Of a DNA stretch of 64,000 nt, positions 1 to 8,742 are shown piece after piece. Below the pieces are notes generated by a model. That model saw only the letters and a program-made list of their open reading frames with translations, was not told the origin of the DNA and did not search any database. Each line of letters starts with the position of its first letter. Positions within the stretch are counted from its first letter, which is position 1. Location: assembly GCA_945897885.1 (NCBI GenBank), contig CAMDGU010000003.1, positions 6,339 to 70,338 on the forward strand. Direction: 5' to 3'. The stretch is from Chitinophaga pinensis. Its GTDB lineage: Bacteria > Bacteroidota > Bacteroidia > NS11-12g > UBA9320. The position numbers were made by a program, and so were the translations under genes.

Positions 1-52
1 CAGGATGAAAAGAAGCTTTTAAGGATTTTTTGAATTTTGATTAATTTTTTTG

Positions 53-150
53 AACCACATAGGAGCAAAGAAACATAGAAAACCACATAGAATTACTTAG
101 TTAGTTTAACAACTATGCGAAAACCTATGCTTCAATGAGTTTCTGTGGTT
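53..150. repeat. Imperfect inverted-repeat element (two 38-nt CATAG/CTATG arms, 22-nt spacer)
   Basis: Left arm 53-90 AACCACATAGGAGCAAAGAAACATAGAAAACCACATAG; reverse complement of right arm 113-150 is AACCACAGAAACTCATTGAAGCATAGGTTTTCGCATAG; ends and CATAG units align. Confidence 0.7.
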
Positions 151-168
151 CCTTGTGCGAGGTCAAAT

Positions 169-1431
169 TTACGTTTTTTGCTTTTTCTTCTTTGCCGAAG
201 GAAACAAAATATTATTTAGAATTAACCTGTATCCGGGTGAATTAGGGTGTAAGGAAAGTTCTGTTGGTGGTTCGCCTACCATGTGCTGGTAATCCTCGGG
301 GTCGTGGCCGCCATAAAAAGTCCAGGTGCCTTTGCCCATGGTTCCATGCATATATTTAGCTTCACCCAAGGATTGATTTTGCCCCATAATTAAAACATCA
401 CTTTTTATTAGGCTTTTGCGAAAAGAGGTGGTTTGCCCCATAAAACCTTTTATAACTCTTTCATGATTTTGACAAAGTATTGTTGGTACAATATCATATT
501 TGGCCGAAAAATCAAACAAAACAAACAAATCATTGTCCTCACTCACAGGCCGTTCATTGTATTGCATATCAATATTTGAATATTCATAAACATAAGGATT
601 CATCTCTAGTTGAAAATTTTTAAAGGCAAATGTATTATCATAATTGAGTCGAGACTGGGCGTCATTATCCACCCCGTCACCATCATACATCGATTCGCAA
701 ATATCGATACCATCAGCAGCTAATGCTATATCGTAACTATCTGTAGCACTGCACATAGCAAATAAAAATCCCCCCCCTAATGTAAAATCTCTTATTTTTT
801 TTACTACTGCCAATTTTAAATCCGATACTTTATTAAATCCGTGCTTGGCAGCTATACCCTCGGCTTCGGCAACTTGTTCTTTATACCAATCAGCAGGATG
901 GTAGCTTGACCAAAATTTACCATATTGACCTGTAAAATCCTCATGGTGTAAATGCAGCCAATCATAAAGTGGTAGTTTGCCTTCCATCACCTCATCATCA
1001 AAAATAGTCTCATAAGGTATTTCTGCATAGGTTAAAACCATGGTTACGGCATCGTCCCATGGTTGTTTGGTTTTGGGGCTATACACGGCCACTTTAGGAG
1101 CTTTCAATAATTTTACAACCTCCATATTTATCGCAGGATTGGCTATTTCTGTATAAATATCCTGAGCCGCTCCATCGGTTATTTTTTGATAACTAACTCC
1201 CCTAAGCAAACACTCCTTTTCAAATTTATCAATATTGTCGACCATAAAACTGCCGCCACGGTAGTTTAATAGCCATTCCACTTCTTTGTCAAATGTTAAA
1301 ACCCAATAGGCAATTCCATAAGCCTTAAGATGGTCTTTTTGGGAATTATCCATGGGTATCAAAATTTTTGAAGCAAAGCTTGAAACCCCGTAAAGGAAAA
1401 GATAAAGGAAGATTATTAATTTGCGTTTCAC
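169..1431 (-). CDS. Conserved Bacteroidota protein, probable class I glutamine-amidotransferase-like fold (often auto-annotated asparagine synthetase B), with N-terminal signal peptide
   Basis: Motifs HLKAYG, DWLHLHHEDFTGQYGKF, GGFLFAMCSATD, GGHDPEDYQH recognised; GTG start at 1431 overlaps the crcB TGA (GTGA) and gives a normal signal peptide, unlike the 1482 start in the ORF track. Confidence 0.7.
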   Translation of the reverse strand: MKRKLIIFLYLFLYGVSSFASKILIPMDNSQKDHLKAYGIAYWVLTFDKEVEWLLNYRGGSFMVDNIDKFEKECLLRGVSYQKITDGAAQDIYTEIANPAINMEVVKLLKAPKVAVYSPKTKQPWDDAVTMVLTYAEIPYETIFDDEVMEGKLPLYDWLHLHHEDFTGQYGKFWSSYHPADWYKEQVAEAEGIAAKHGFNKVSDLKLAVVKKIRDFTLGGGFLFAMCSATDSYDIALAADGIDICESMYDGDGVDNDAQSRLNYDNTFAFKNFQLEMNPYVYEYSNIDMQYNERPVSEDNDLFVLFDFSAKYDIVPTILCQNHERVIKGFMGQTTSFRKSLIKSDVLIMGQNQSLGEAKYMHGTMGKGTWTFYGGHDPEDYQHMVGEPPTELSLHPNSPGYRLILNNILFPSAKKKKQKT

Positions 1432-1802
1432 AATACGATTGAAGAAATTTTGGTACCTAGATAAACGGCTGCTAATCCACATATATTGCTCAAAATTACA
1501 TAAAAAAAGGCAGTTTGGTGGCGGCCTTTTTCTATAAGTTGCATGGTTTCATTGCCAAAGGATGAAAAGGTGGTGAACCCACCCAAAAGGCCAACAATAA
1601 GCAATAAACGCAATGCTTGGTTTTCAATATTTAGAAATGAATACAAAAGACCAATAAAAAAGCATCCAATTACATTTACCCAAAATGTGGCTAAAGGAAA
1701 ACCGGAAGGTGAAATTTTGATAAACAACGAAAACCCATAACGCAGTATAGCACCGGTTCCTCCGCCAATAAATACGAATAAAAGATTACTCAGTCCCTTC
1801 AT
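1428..1802 (-). CDS. crcB: Fluoride efflux channel CrcB/Fluc
   Basis: 124 aa; GGGTGAILRY, GFPLATFWVNVIGCF and GLLGGFTTFSSF Fluc motifs. Confidence 0.95.
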   Translation of the reverse strand: MKGLSNLLFVFIGGGTGAILRYGFSLFIKISPSGFPLATFWVNVIGCFFIGLLYSFLNIENQALRLLLIVGLLGGFTTFSSFGNETMQLIEKGRHQTAFFYVILSNICGLAAVYLGTKISSIVL

Positions 1803-2631
1803 AAAATTCGTAAAAATAGCGTTTCCACGAGTTAAGTTTTCCTTCCATGTTATAGCTAAGGGTTTGGTCTAATAATCCATTTTCTTTATAAACAAATTCA
1901 GTCCAGGTGTTATTACTATATTGGGTTCTGCTTAATTGGGCATCAAAATTGTAAAAGTTCCAGCCTTTGCTATATGATGCTTTTGGTAGTTTAATTTCGG
2001 TAGTAAATTCCAAAACTTTTTTACTAATTGGTGTAATATCAAAAGTTTGTTTTTTTATAAGTTTCATATCTCCTGTGTAGGAGGAGATTACTTTAATATT
2101 ATCAGCATTATCGTATTCATAGTGTGTTATATATTTTGTGGTATCGGTCTCTACAATTTCAAATACTTTTAATTCCTTGGCAAGCCCTTTTTTGTTGTAG
2201 GTATAAAAATTTAAAAGCACCATTGAGTCTGTTCTGTCGGGTCTTTTTTGAATAATTTTAACAACATCGTTTTTGCTGTTGTAAAAGTATTTAACATTGG
2301 TCTCCACTCCTTCTGTAATATTTTTGGAATAAATAATTCTATTTAATGAATCGTACGTGTTAAAATCTTCGGTAGAATTTCCCCACCCATAACATCCCAT
2401 TGCATTTTTTTGATACGTGATACGTGAAAGGGTATCAAGATGGTATATTTCTGCCAGACAACTATCATTCAAGGTTCGGTTTACAAATATTGGAAGTTTT
2501 ACGTACACCCACATTTTTTTTACTTTATATTGTTTGAAAAGAGCGGTGTCAATTCCTTCCTGAGCCTTAGAATCACTCCATAAAATGGCAACGCCAATTA
2601 ATAAAATTATGTGTTTGAAAATGTTCTTCAT
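1786..2631 (-). CDS. Hypothetical exported protein with YD/RHS-like beta-hairpin repeats
   Basis: ATG at 2631 gives signal peptide MKNIFKHIILLIGVAILWSDSKAQ; recurring Y-[DN]-x-x-[GN] units (YDSLNRI, YNSKNDV, YNKKGLA, YDNADNI). Confidence 0.6.
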   Translation of the reverse strand: MKNIFKHIILLIGVAILWSDSKAQEGIDTALFKQYKVKKMWVYVKLPIFVNRTLNDSCLAEIYHLDTLSRITYQKNAMGCYGWGNSTEDFNTYDSLNRIIYSKNITEGVETNVKYFYNSKNDVVKIIQKRPDRTDSMVLLNFYTYNKKGLAKELKVFEIVETDTTKYITHYEYDNADNIKVISSYTGDMKLIKKQTFDITPISKKVLEFTTEIKLPKASYSKGWNFYNFDAQLSRTQYSNNTWTEFVYKENGLLDQTLSYNMEGKLNSWKRYFYEFYEGTE

Positions 2632-2668
2632 TTTGTTTTTTCTTTTCAATAAGTGTTCCAAAAGGATT

Positions 2669-3709
2669 TTATTTTTTAGTGGAGGCGTAGGCTCCAATAT
2701 CAATTTCTACAAAATCATTAACCAAAAATTTATGATATCATGCAATAGCAATCATCGCTGCGTTATCGGTACAATATTCAAAAGCAGGAATATATGTTGT
2801 CCAGTTTTGGTTATTAGCCATAAGTTGTAATTCGTTTCTTAATCCTGAATTTGCTGCCACACCGCCTGCTATGGCAATGTGTTTTATATTTGTTTGTAAA
2901 GCCGCGGATTTAAGTTTTGATAGTAAATATGTCACTATGGTATGTTGCACCGAGGCACAAATATCAGACAGATTATTATCAATAAAAGTTGCATCCTCCG
3001 CCATTTTATCTCTCACAAAATAAAGAACGGCGGTCTTAAATCCGCTAAAACTAAAATCAAGATTTGGAACATGACCTGATGAAAATTTAAAAGCTAAAGG
3101 ATTTCCTGATGCAGCATATTTATCAATTAAAGGTCCCCCGGGGTATGGAAGTCCAAGTATTTTTGCTGCTTTGTCAAAAGCTTCACCTGCAGCATCGTCA
3201 ATGGTTTTTCCTATAGTTTCCATACTTGAAGGAGAATTTACTTTAACAATTTGGGTATGCCCACCCGAAACCAGCAAACAAAGAAAAGGGAATGGGATGT
3301 TGGGATTATCAATCAAGTGTGCCAAAACATGAGCTTCTAAATGATTTACTGCAATCAATGGTTTGTTGATGGATAAGGCTAAACCTTTGGCAAAACTATT
3401 ACCAACTAAAAGTGAACCCAGTAATCCCGGCCCTTGTGTAAAAGCAATTCCATCAATGTCATTAATGGAGCGATTTGCTATTTTTAAAGCAATATCTACT
3501 ACTGGTACTATGTTTTTTTGATGAGATCGGGAAGCCAATTCAGGCACCACACCTCCATATTTTTGATGAACATCTTGCCCTGCCACCACATTTGAGAGTA
3601 TTTTGCCATCACAAATTACCGAAGCGGCAGTGTCATCGCAGGATGACTCAATAGCCAAAAGGGTAATATTGTGGACATGTGAAGCGTTGGTATGTATATT
3701 GCCATCCAT
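2669..3709 (-). CDS. tsaD: tRNA threonylcarbamoyladenosine biosynthesis protein TsaD, with an in-frame TGA at 2738-2740 that removes the last ~22 residues
   Basis: LAIESSCDDT, GGVVPELASRSH, HLEAH, LLVSGGHT, DDAAGEAFDK, TDNAAMIA motifs; frame continues YHKFLVNDF... to TAA at 2669-2671; ATG 3709 preferred because the -7 box overlaps the 3721 TTG. Confidence 0.93.
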
Positions 3710-3718
3710 TATAAGGTG

Positions 3719-3736
3719 CAATTTTAGTTAAATTCG
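3719..3736. promoter_or_regulatory. Back-to-back divergent Bacteroidota -7 boxes for tsaD (TAAAATTG, minus, 3719-3726) and tamB (TAAATTCG, plus, 3729-3736)
   Basis: One-mismatch variants of TAnnTTTG in the 38-nt divergent intergenic gap. Confidence 0.55.
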
Positions 3737-3747
3737 CAGGTTAGCAG

Positions 3748-6700
3748 TTGAAAATTCTTAAAAAAATATCGCGGGGAGTTCTGCTTTCCATATTATTTAC
3801 GGTATTTATACTTACCATTGGATATATAATGCTTCGCAGCAGGCCTTTTCAGAATTGGGCTGCGCAAAAAACTGTAAATTTTTTATCCAAAGAATTTAAA
3901 ACACGGGTGGCCTTAAAATCTATTGATTTTGAATTGTTGGATAAATTAGTTTTGGAAGGACTGCTTATTGAGGATAGACATGGTGATACAATGGCCTATT
4001 TTGGGAAATTAAAGACCAGTTTTAACTACAAAATTATTTTTGATAGCAAACTGCAGTTGGCCAGAATAAGTGATGTGATGCTTGAGGATACCAAGGTAAA
4101 TATGGTGCTTCATAAAAACGAAAAGGATTTTAATTATCAATTTATTGTAGACTACTTTTCTTCTCCAAAAAAATCCAACAAACCTTTTGTTCCCTTCAAA
4201 CTAATTATCAATAATCTTAAACTTAAAAATGTAGATTATTGCTTTCGTAATGATAATGTGCCTAATGCAACAGGTAGGAAGTTTGATGAATCCTACATGC
4301 TTTTTAAAGGAATCAATACTACCATAAAACCTTTTAAACTTTATGGAGATTCATTAAATCTTGCAATTAATAAACTTTCTTTTATTGAAAAATCAGGATT
4401 TGAAGTAAAAGAGTTTTCTTCTAATACCACAATTTCAAGTTCAGTAATGGAATTTAGTGAGATGATGTTTAAAACACGTTATTCCAAAATTGGCAATTAT
4501 TTAAAATACACTTACAATGGTTATGGTGATTTTTCAGACTTTATTGATAGCGTAAAATGGGAAGCCAATTTATCTAAATCGGTTATCAGTATGAAGGATG
4601 TTGGCTATTTTTCAGATGCCTTATTGACCTATAATTTCCCCGTAACAATGATCGGGAGTGTAACAGGAACATTGGCTAACATGAAAGGGCAACAGATGGA
4701 TATAACGGTGGGAAGATTAAATAGATTTCGTGGTGATATAATGCTGACAGACATGACCAATATAGATAAGCTGGCATTTGATTTAAATATTTTTGAGTTG
4801 ATGGCAAATCCATCGTCCATTCAAGATATTACTAAAACCAAGTTTCCTGATGAATTATTACGAATTGGGTCGTTACGTTATAGTGGTTCTTTTGCAGGCA
4901 TTATTAAAGATTTCACGGCAAAAGGACTTATTGAAACCACCATTGGAAATATTAGAACCGACCTGAATTTAAAGTTTCCTGACGGTAAACCTGAGGAATA
5001 TAAAGGCGAAATAGAAGTTTTTAGTTTTAACACCGGTAAGTTATTGAATAATGGATTGTTTGGTACTACTACACTGTTTACTGTGGTTGATGGTAAGGGG
5101 TTTAGTTTGGAGGAATTAAATACTAAATTGTTAGGTAATATTCAATCCTTTGAATACGATGGTTACAACTATACCAATGCCACATTTGACGGGGTTTTAG
5201 AAAAGGGAATATTTAATGGCAAGTTTGATGTGGCTGATCCAAATGTTAATTTAAGTTTCAATGGAATGGTTAATATGACCAAAGACAATTCCGGAGGTGA
5301 TTTTAAAGCCAAGCTAGGTGTTGTAAATTTAGCAAAACTGGGCTACGGAGATATCAATATTAAAAATATAGATAATGTGAGTATAACCTTTGAAGGGCTT
5401 GATATTGATGATATGAAGATTAATGCTATTCTAAATAATGTAATTTTAGAACGAAAGGATAGTATTTATAACTTGGGAACAATTGATTTGAGAGCTTTTG
5501 GTTTATACAGCAGTCGTTCGGTAGTGCTCAATAGTATTTTAGGTAATATTACGATTAGTGGTCAATACAAATTGAGTCAGTTAAATTCCATCACCAACAA
5601 TCTTTTGTACGATTTATTCCCTGATTATTATGCCAAATTAAAAACAAAGGCAACACCCGTAGATATTCGTTTTGATATTGATATCAGTGAATCAAGATTT
5701 TTGTCAGCGTTGGTAATGCCTGAATTGACCTTTGCCAAGCTTAATACCACAGGGGTTTATAATTCTACCAATCAAAGCATGGATATTTTGGCTGTTGCTG
5801 ATTTTATTAAATATCAAAATTATACTTTTAAAAATGTAACGATTGAAAGTTCTAAGCAACCTAACAAACGATTATCACTTTCGGCCAAATCAAGTGACTT
5901 GCTAATGAACGATAGTATGCTGATAGACCAAATAGATTTGTTGGCAGATTTAGGTGGAAACGATATTAATTTTAGACTTAATGCATCAGATACCTCACAA
6001 AATGTGAGTATAAAATCAGGCGGGAATGTGGCTTTTTCAAAGGAAGCTATTGATATAAAATTGGCCAATTCCGTTCTTTATCTTTATAACACACCTTGGG
6101 TAATAAACAACCGAAATCACTTAAGGTATGCTCAATCAAATTTAACTGTTGATAGTTTTAATATATCCAATGAAAATCAATCCATTTCGATAAATGGTTT
6201 GGCCGGTGGAACCAAATTTGAAAATCTGAATGTGGATATTGTGAATTTCAATTTGGCTGATATTAATCCTCTTATTTCAAAATGGAAATCTGAAATTCAT
6301 GGAATTATAAATGGAAAAGTAACTTTAAACGGTTCGCCTGAGCGGCCAATGGTTGAGTCGGGTATTACAATCGAAAACTTATCTTACAATAAAGATTCAG
6401 TAGGGGATGTGGTTTTAAATTCACACTCACATGGAAGTCTTTACAAAATGGATATTGACGGAACCATAAAAAACGGATTGATTAATGATTTGGTAATTGC
6501 AGGAAATATAGATTTAACACCCGGCAATGATAAAATTGATTTAGTTTGCACCCTAAAGGAAACAAATGTTAAGCCTTTTGAGATATTTACCGAAGGATTA
6601 TTTTCAAATATTAATGGATTGGCTGATGGTATTATTCGTATAAAAGGACCACTGTCAAAGCCAGATATTGAAGGAAAAATAGCTCTGAATGAGGTAAGCC

Positions 6701-8139
6701 TGTTCATGGATTATTTGGGCTTGCCGCTAAAAGTAGATAAAGCGTTTATCAAGATTGATGATAAGAAGATAGATTTGGGTACCTTTCAGGTAAAGGATAA
6801 ATACGGTTCGGAAGCTACAGCAGGAGGTAAAATTTACCATACCAATTTCAATAATTTGAGGTATGATATCTTTATGAAGGAACTTGAAAATTTTAACTGC
6901 ATGGAACTGAAAGACGGGCAAAATGATATGTTTTTTGGAACTGCATTTGTGGATGGAAATATGCGGGTAACCGGACCAAGTGACGAGTTGCATTTAAGTA
7001 TTAATGCCAAAACAAGACCCAAAACTGTTATCTCACTTCCACTTACCAGTTCCACTGAAAATGCAGGACCTGATTTTATAAAAATTGTGGACTTAAGGGC
7101 TGATGTTGTGCCAACTCAATTAAAAAAGTTGAGCGGAATTACCATGGATTTTAATTTTGATGTAACCACAGATGCCGAAGTTAAATTAATATTTGATGCC
7201 AAATTTAATGATGTGATGAGTGCCACAGGAAATGGCAATATAAAAATGGAACTTAATACGTTTGGCGATTTTTATATGTATGGAAGTTATGTAATAGAAA
7301 GGGGAGGTTATAATTTTACAGCCCTCCAAAATCTTGTAAATGCAAAACTTAAAGTAAAAAGCGGAAGTAAAATAACTTGGGATGGCCCACCATTAGAGGC
7401 TAAGGTAGATATTGTAGCAATCACTACAATAAAGGCCGATCCTACAGTAATATTACCTGTTAGTACTACCACAAATCAAACCACAAGCAATGTGGCCATG
7501 GATTGTGAAATTCACATGAAGGAGGACCTTTTTAGGCCGGATATCCGATTGGATATAAATATATCGCGGGATAACCAATCAGTATTGTTTGGAAATTCTG
7601 ACCTTAATAATGCCATCAATCAAATAAAAGCTGACCAGGAGGAAACCAACAAACAATTTATAAATCTTTTGGTGTTTAGTTCCTTTGCCCCAATCAATTC
7701 TGCAAATACAGCCAGTGGTATTAATGTTTCCAATTCATTGGAAAATAGTATAGGCGCTTTTGTTTCTAATCAGGTAAATAACTGGTTGCGACAAATAAAC
7801 CCCAATTGGGAATTGGATGTGGACTGGAAAGCAGCAGCAAATAAGGATGCGAATAACCAGATTATTGTTTCACTAAAACGCAAATTGTATAATGATAGAG
7901 TTGAAATCGGAGGAACTTATGGCCAAGCCGGAAACCTATCCTATGATGCCTATTTGAGTTACAGGATTAATAAATTACTTCGTGTAAGAGGGTTTAATAA
8001 CCAGGCCAACGACCCTATAAATGTGAATAATAAGCCGATAAATACATCAGGTTTAGGCTTGTATTATCGCAAGGAAGTAGATTACTTTTTTCCAAAATGG
8101 AGAAAGAAACAATATGAAAGAAAACATGGTAAATTATAA
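3748..8139 (+). CDS. tamB: Translocation/assembly module TamB-family (AsmA-like) protein
   Basis: 1463 aa; N-terminal membrane anchor, long beta-rich body, C-terminal DUF490-like region (GTAFVDG, GNGNIKMELNTFGDFYMYGSY, ITWDGPP). Confidence 0.85.
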   Translation: MKILKKISRGVLLSILFTVFILTIGYIMLRSRPFQNWAAQKTVNFLSKEFKTRVALKSIDFELLDKLVLEGLLIEDRHGDTMAYFGKLKTSFNYKIIFDSKLQLARISDVMLEDTKVNMVLHKNEKDFNYQFIVDYFSSPKKSNKPFVPFKLIINNLKLKNVDYCFRNDNVPNATGRKFDESYMLFKGINTTIKPFKLYGDSLNLAINKLSFIEKSGFEVKEFSSNTTISSSVMEFSEMMFKTRYSKIGNYLKYTYNGYGDFSDFIDSVKWEANLSKSVISMKDVGYFSDALLTYNFPVTMIGSVTGTLANMKGQQMDITVGRLNRFRGDIMLTDMTNIDKLAFDLNIFELMANPSSIQDITKTKFPDELLRIGSLRYSGSFAGIIKDFTAKGLIETTIGNIRTDLNLKFPDGKPEEYKGEIEVFSFNTGKLLNNGLFGTTTLFTVVDGKGFSLEELNTKLLGNIQSFEYDGYNYTNATFDGVLEKGIFNGKFDVADPNVNLSFNGMVNMTKDNSGGDFKAKLGVVNLAKLGYGDINIKNIDNVSITFEGLDIDDMKINAILNNVILERKDSIYNLGTIDLRAFGLYSSRSVVLNSILGNITISGQYKLSQLNSITNNLLYDLFPDYYAKLKTKATPVDIRFDIDISESRFLSALVMPELTFAKLNTTGVYNSTNQSMDILAVADFIKYQNYTFKNVTIESSKQPNKRLSLSAKSSDLLMNDSMLIDQIDLLADLGGNDINFRLNASDTSQNVSIKSGGNVAFSKEAIDIKLANSVLYLYNTPWVINNRNHLRYAQSNLTVDSFNISNENQSISINGLAGGTKFENLNVDIVNFNLADINPLISKWKSEIHGIINGKVTLNGSPERPMVESGITIENLSYNKDSVGDVVLNSHSHGSLYKMDIDGTIKNGLINDLVIAGNIDLTPGNDKIDLVCTLKETNVKPFEIFTEGLFSNINGLADGIIRIKGPLSKPDIEGKIALNEVSLFMDYLGLPLKVDKAFIKIDDKKIDLGTFQVKDKYGSEATAGGKIYHTNFNNLRYDIFMKELENFNCMELKDGQNDMFFGTAFVDGNMRVTGPSDELHLSINAKTRPKTVISLPLTSSTENAGPDFIKIVDLRADVVPTQLKKLSGITMDFNFDVTTDAEVKLIFDAKFNDVMSATGNGNIKMELNTFGDFYMYGSYVIERGGYNFTALQNLVNAKLKVKSGSKITWDGPPLEAKVDIVAITTIKADPTVILPVSTTTNQTTSNVAMDCEIHMKEDLFRPDIRLDINISRDNQSVLFGNSDLNNAINQIKADQEETNKQFINLLVFSSFAPINSANTASGINVSNSLENSIGAFVSNQVNNWLRQINPNWELDVDWKAAANKDANNQIIVSLKRKLYNDRVEIGGTYGQAGNLSYDAYLSYRINKLLRVRGFNNQANDPINVNNKPINTSGLGLYYRKEVDYFFPKWRKKQYERKHGKL

Positions 8140-8173
8140 TAGGCAGCGAAAGTAGTAATTTATCGATGGCTAA

Positions 8174-8650
8174 CTATTCTTTGTATAGTAATAGTTTGGT
8201 TCCATTGTCAGAAGTAATTAGCATTTTGCCGTTTTCAATATAATACCTTTCCATTTTAGCTGTTTCCTCTTTTCCCGTATTATCTTTTGCAGTGATATAG
8301 ATATTTTGATCTTTGGTAAACCAATTAGCAATGGGGACTTTAGATCCTTTTTGTTCCGAAAAATCAGAAGTTGCTCCACCAATCATCGTTTGAGAATCTC
8401 CATTTGCCAAGGTTCCATTTTCATTAAAAATAATGCGTTCTTGCGTTGAACTATAAATATCATCGCTACCTCCACCGGTGCTAGTATTACTTTCATGCCG
8501 CCTGGTGCCTACAACTTCAGGATCTAATTCATTAGTAGAAACAGGAATTTTAGTTATAGTTGTATCATTTTGATTGTGGCCTTCATCGCCAGGATTGGAA
8601 TGGCAGGAAACAAATAGTATAACGATTATAAAAAATATCAGTTTATTCAT
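8174..8650 (-). CDS. Hypothetical lipoprotein, lipocalin-like beta barrel
   Basis: Lipobox LFVSC; VVGTR at the lipocalin GxW position; C-terminal ERYYIENGKMLIT...KLLLYKE pattern. Confidence 0.6.
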   Translation of the reverse strand: MNKLIFFIIVILFVSCHSNPGDEGHNQNDTTITKIPVSTNELDPEVVGTRRHESNTSTGGGSDDIYSSTQERIIFNENGTLANGDSQTMIGGATSDFSEQKGSKVPIANWFTKDQNIYITAKDNTGKEETAKMERYYIENGKMLITSDNGTKLLLYKE

Positions 8651-8742
8651 ATCAGTATATTTTATATTGATTTAGGGTTACAATAATATTAATTATTCAG
8701 GGTTTAATACTAAATTGGTGTATGCATTTACTAATTATTTTA

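Noticed and set aside
1503-1531. AAAGGC...GCCTTT hairpin as a terminator or fluoride riboswitch
   Set aside because: It lies inside the crcB coding sequence with a weak stem and no riboswitch consensus; crcB has no 5' UTR of its own
2738-2740. Genome-wide TGA recoding (code 4/25) or selenocysteine as explanation for the tsaD stop
   Set aside because: TGA terminates crcB (1428), recG (8743) and mreD (21468) at expected positions, Trp is encoded by TGG throughout, and the aligned residue is Gly-like rather than Cys
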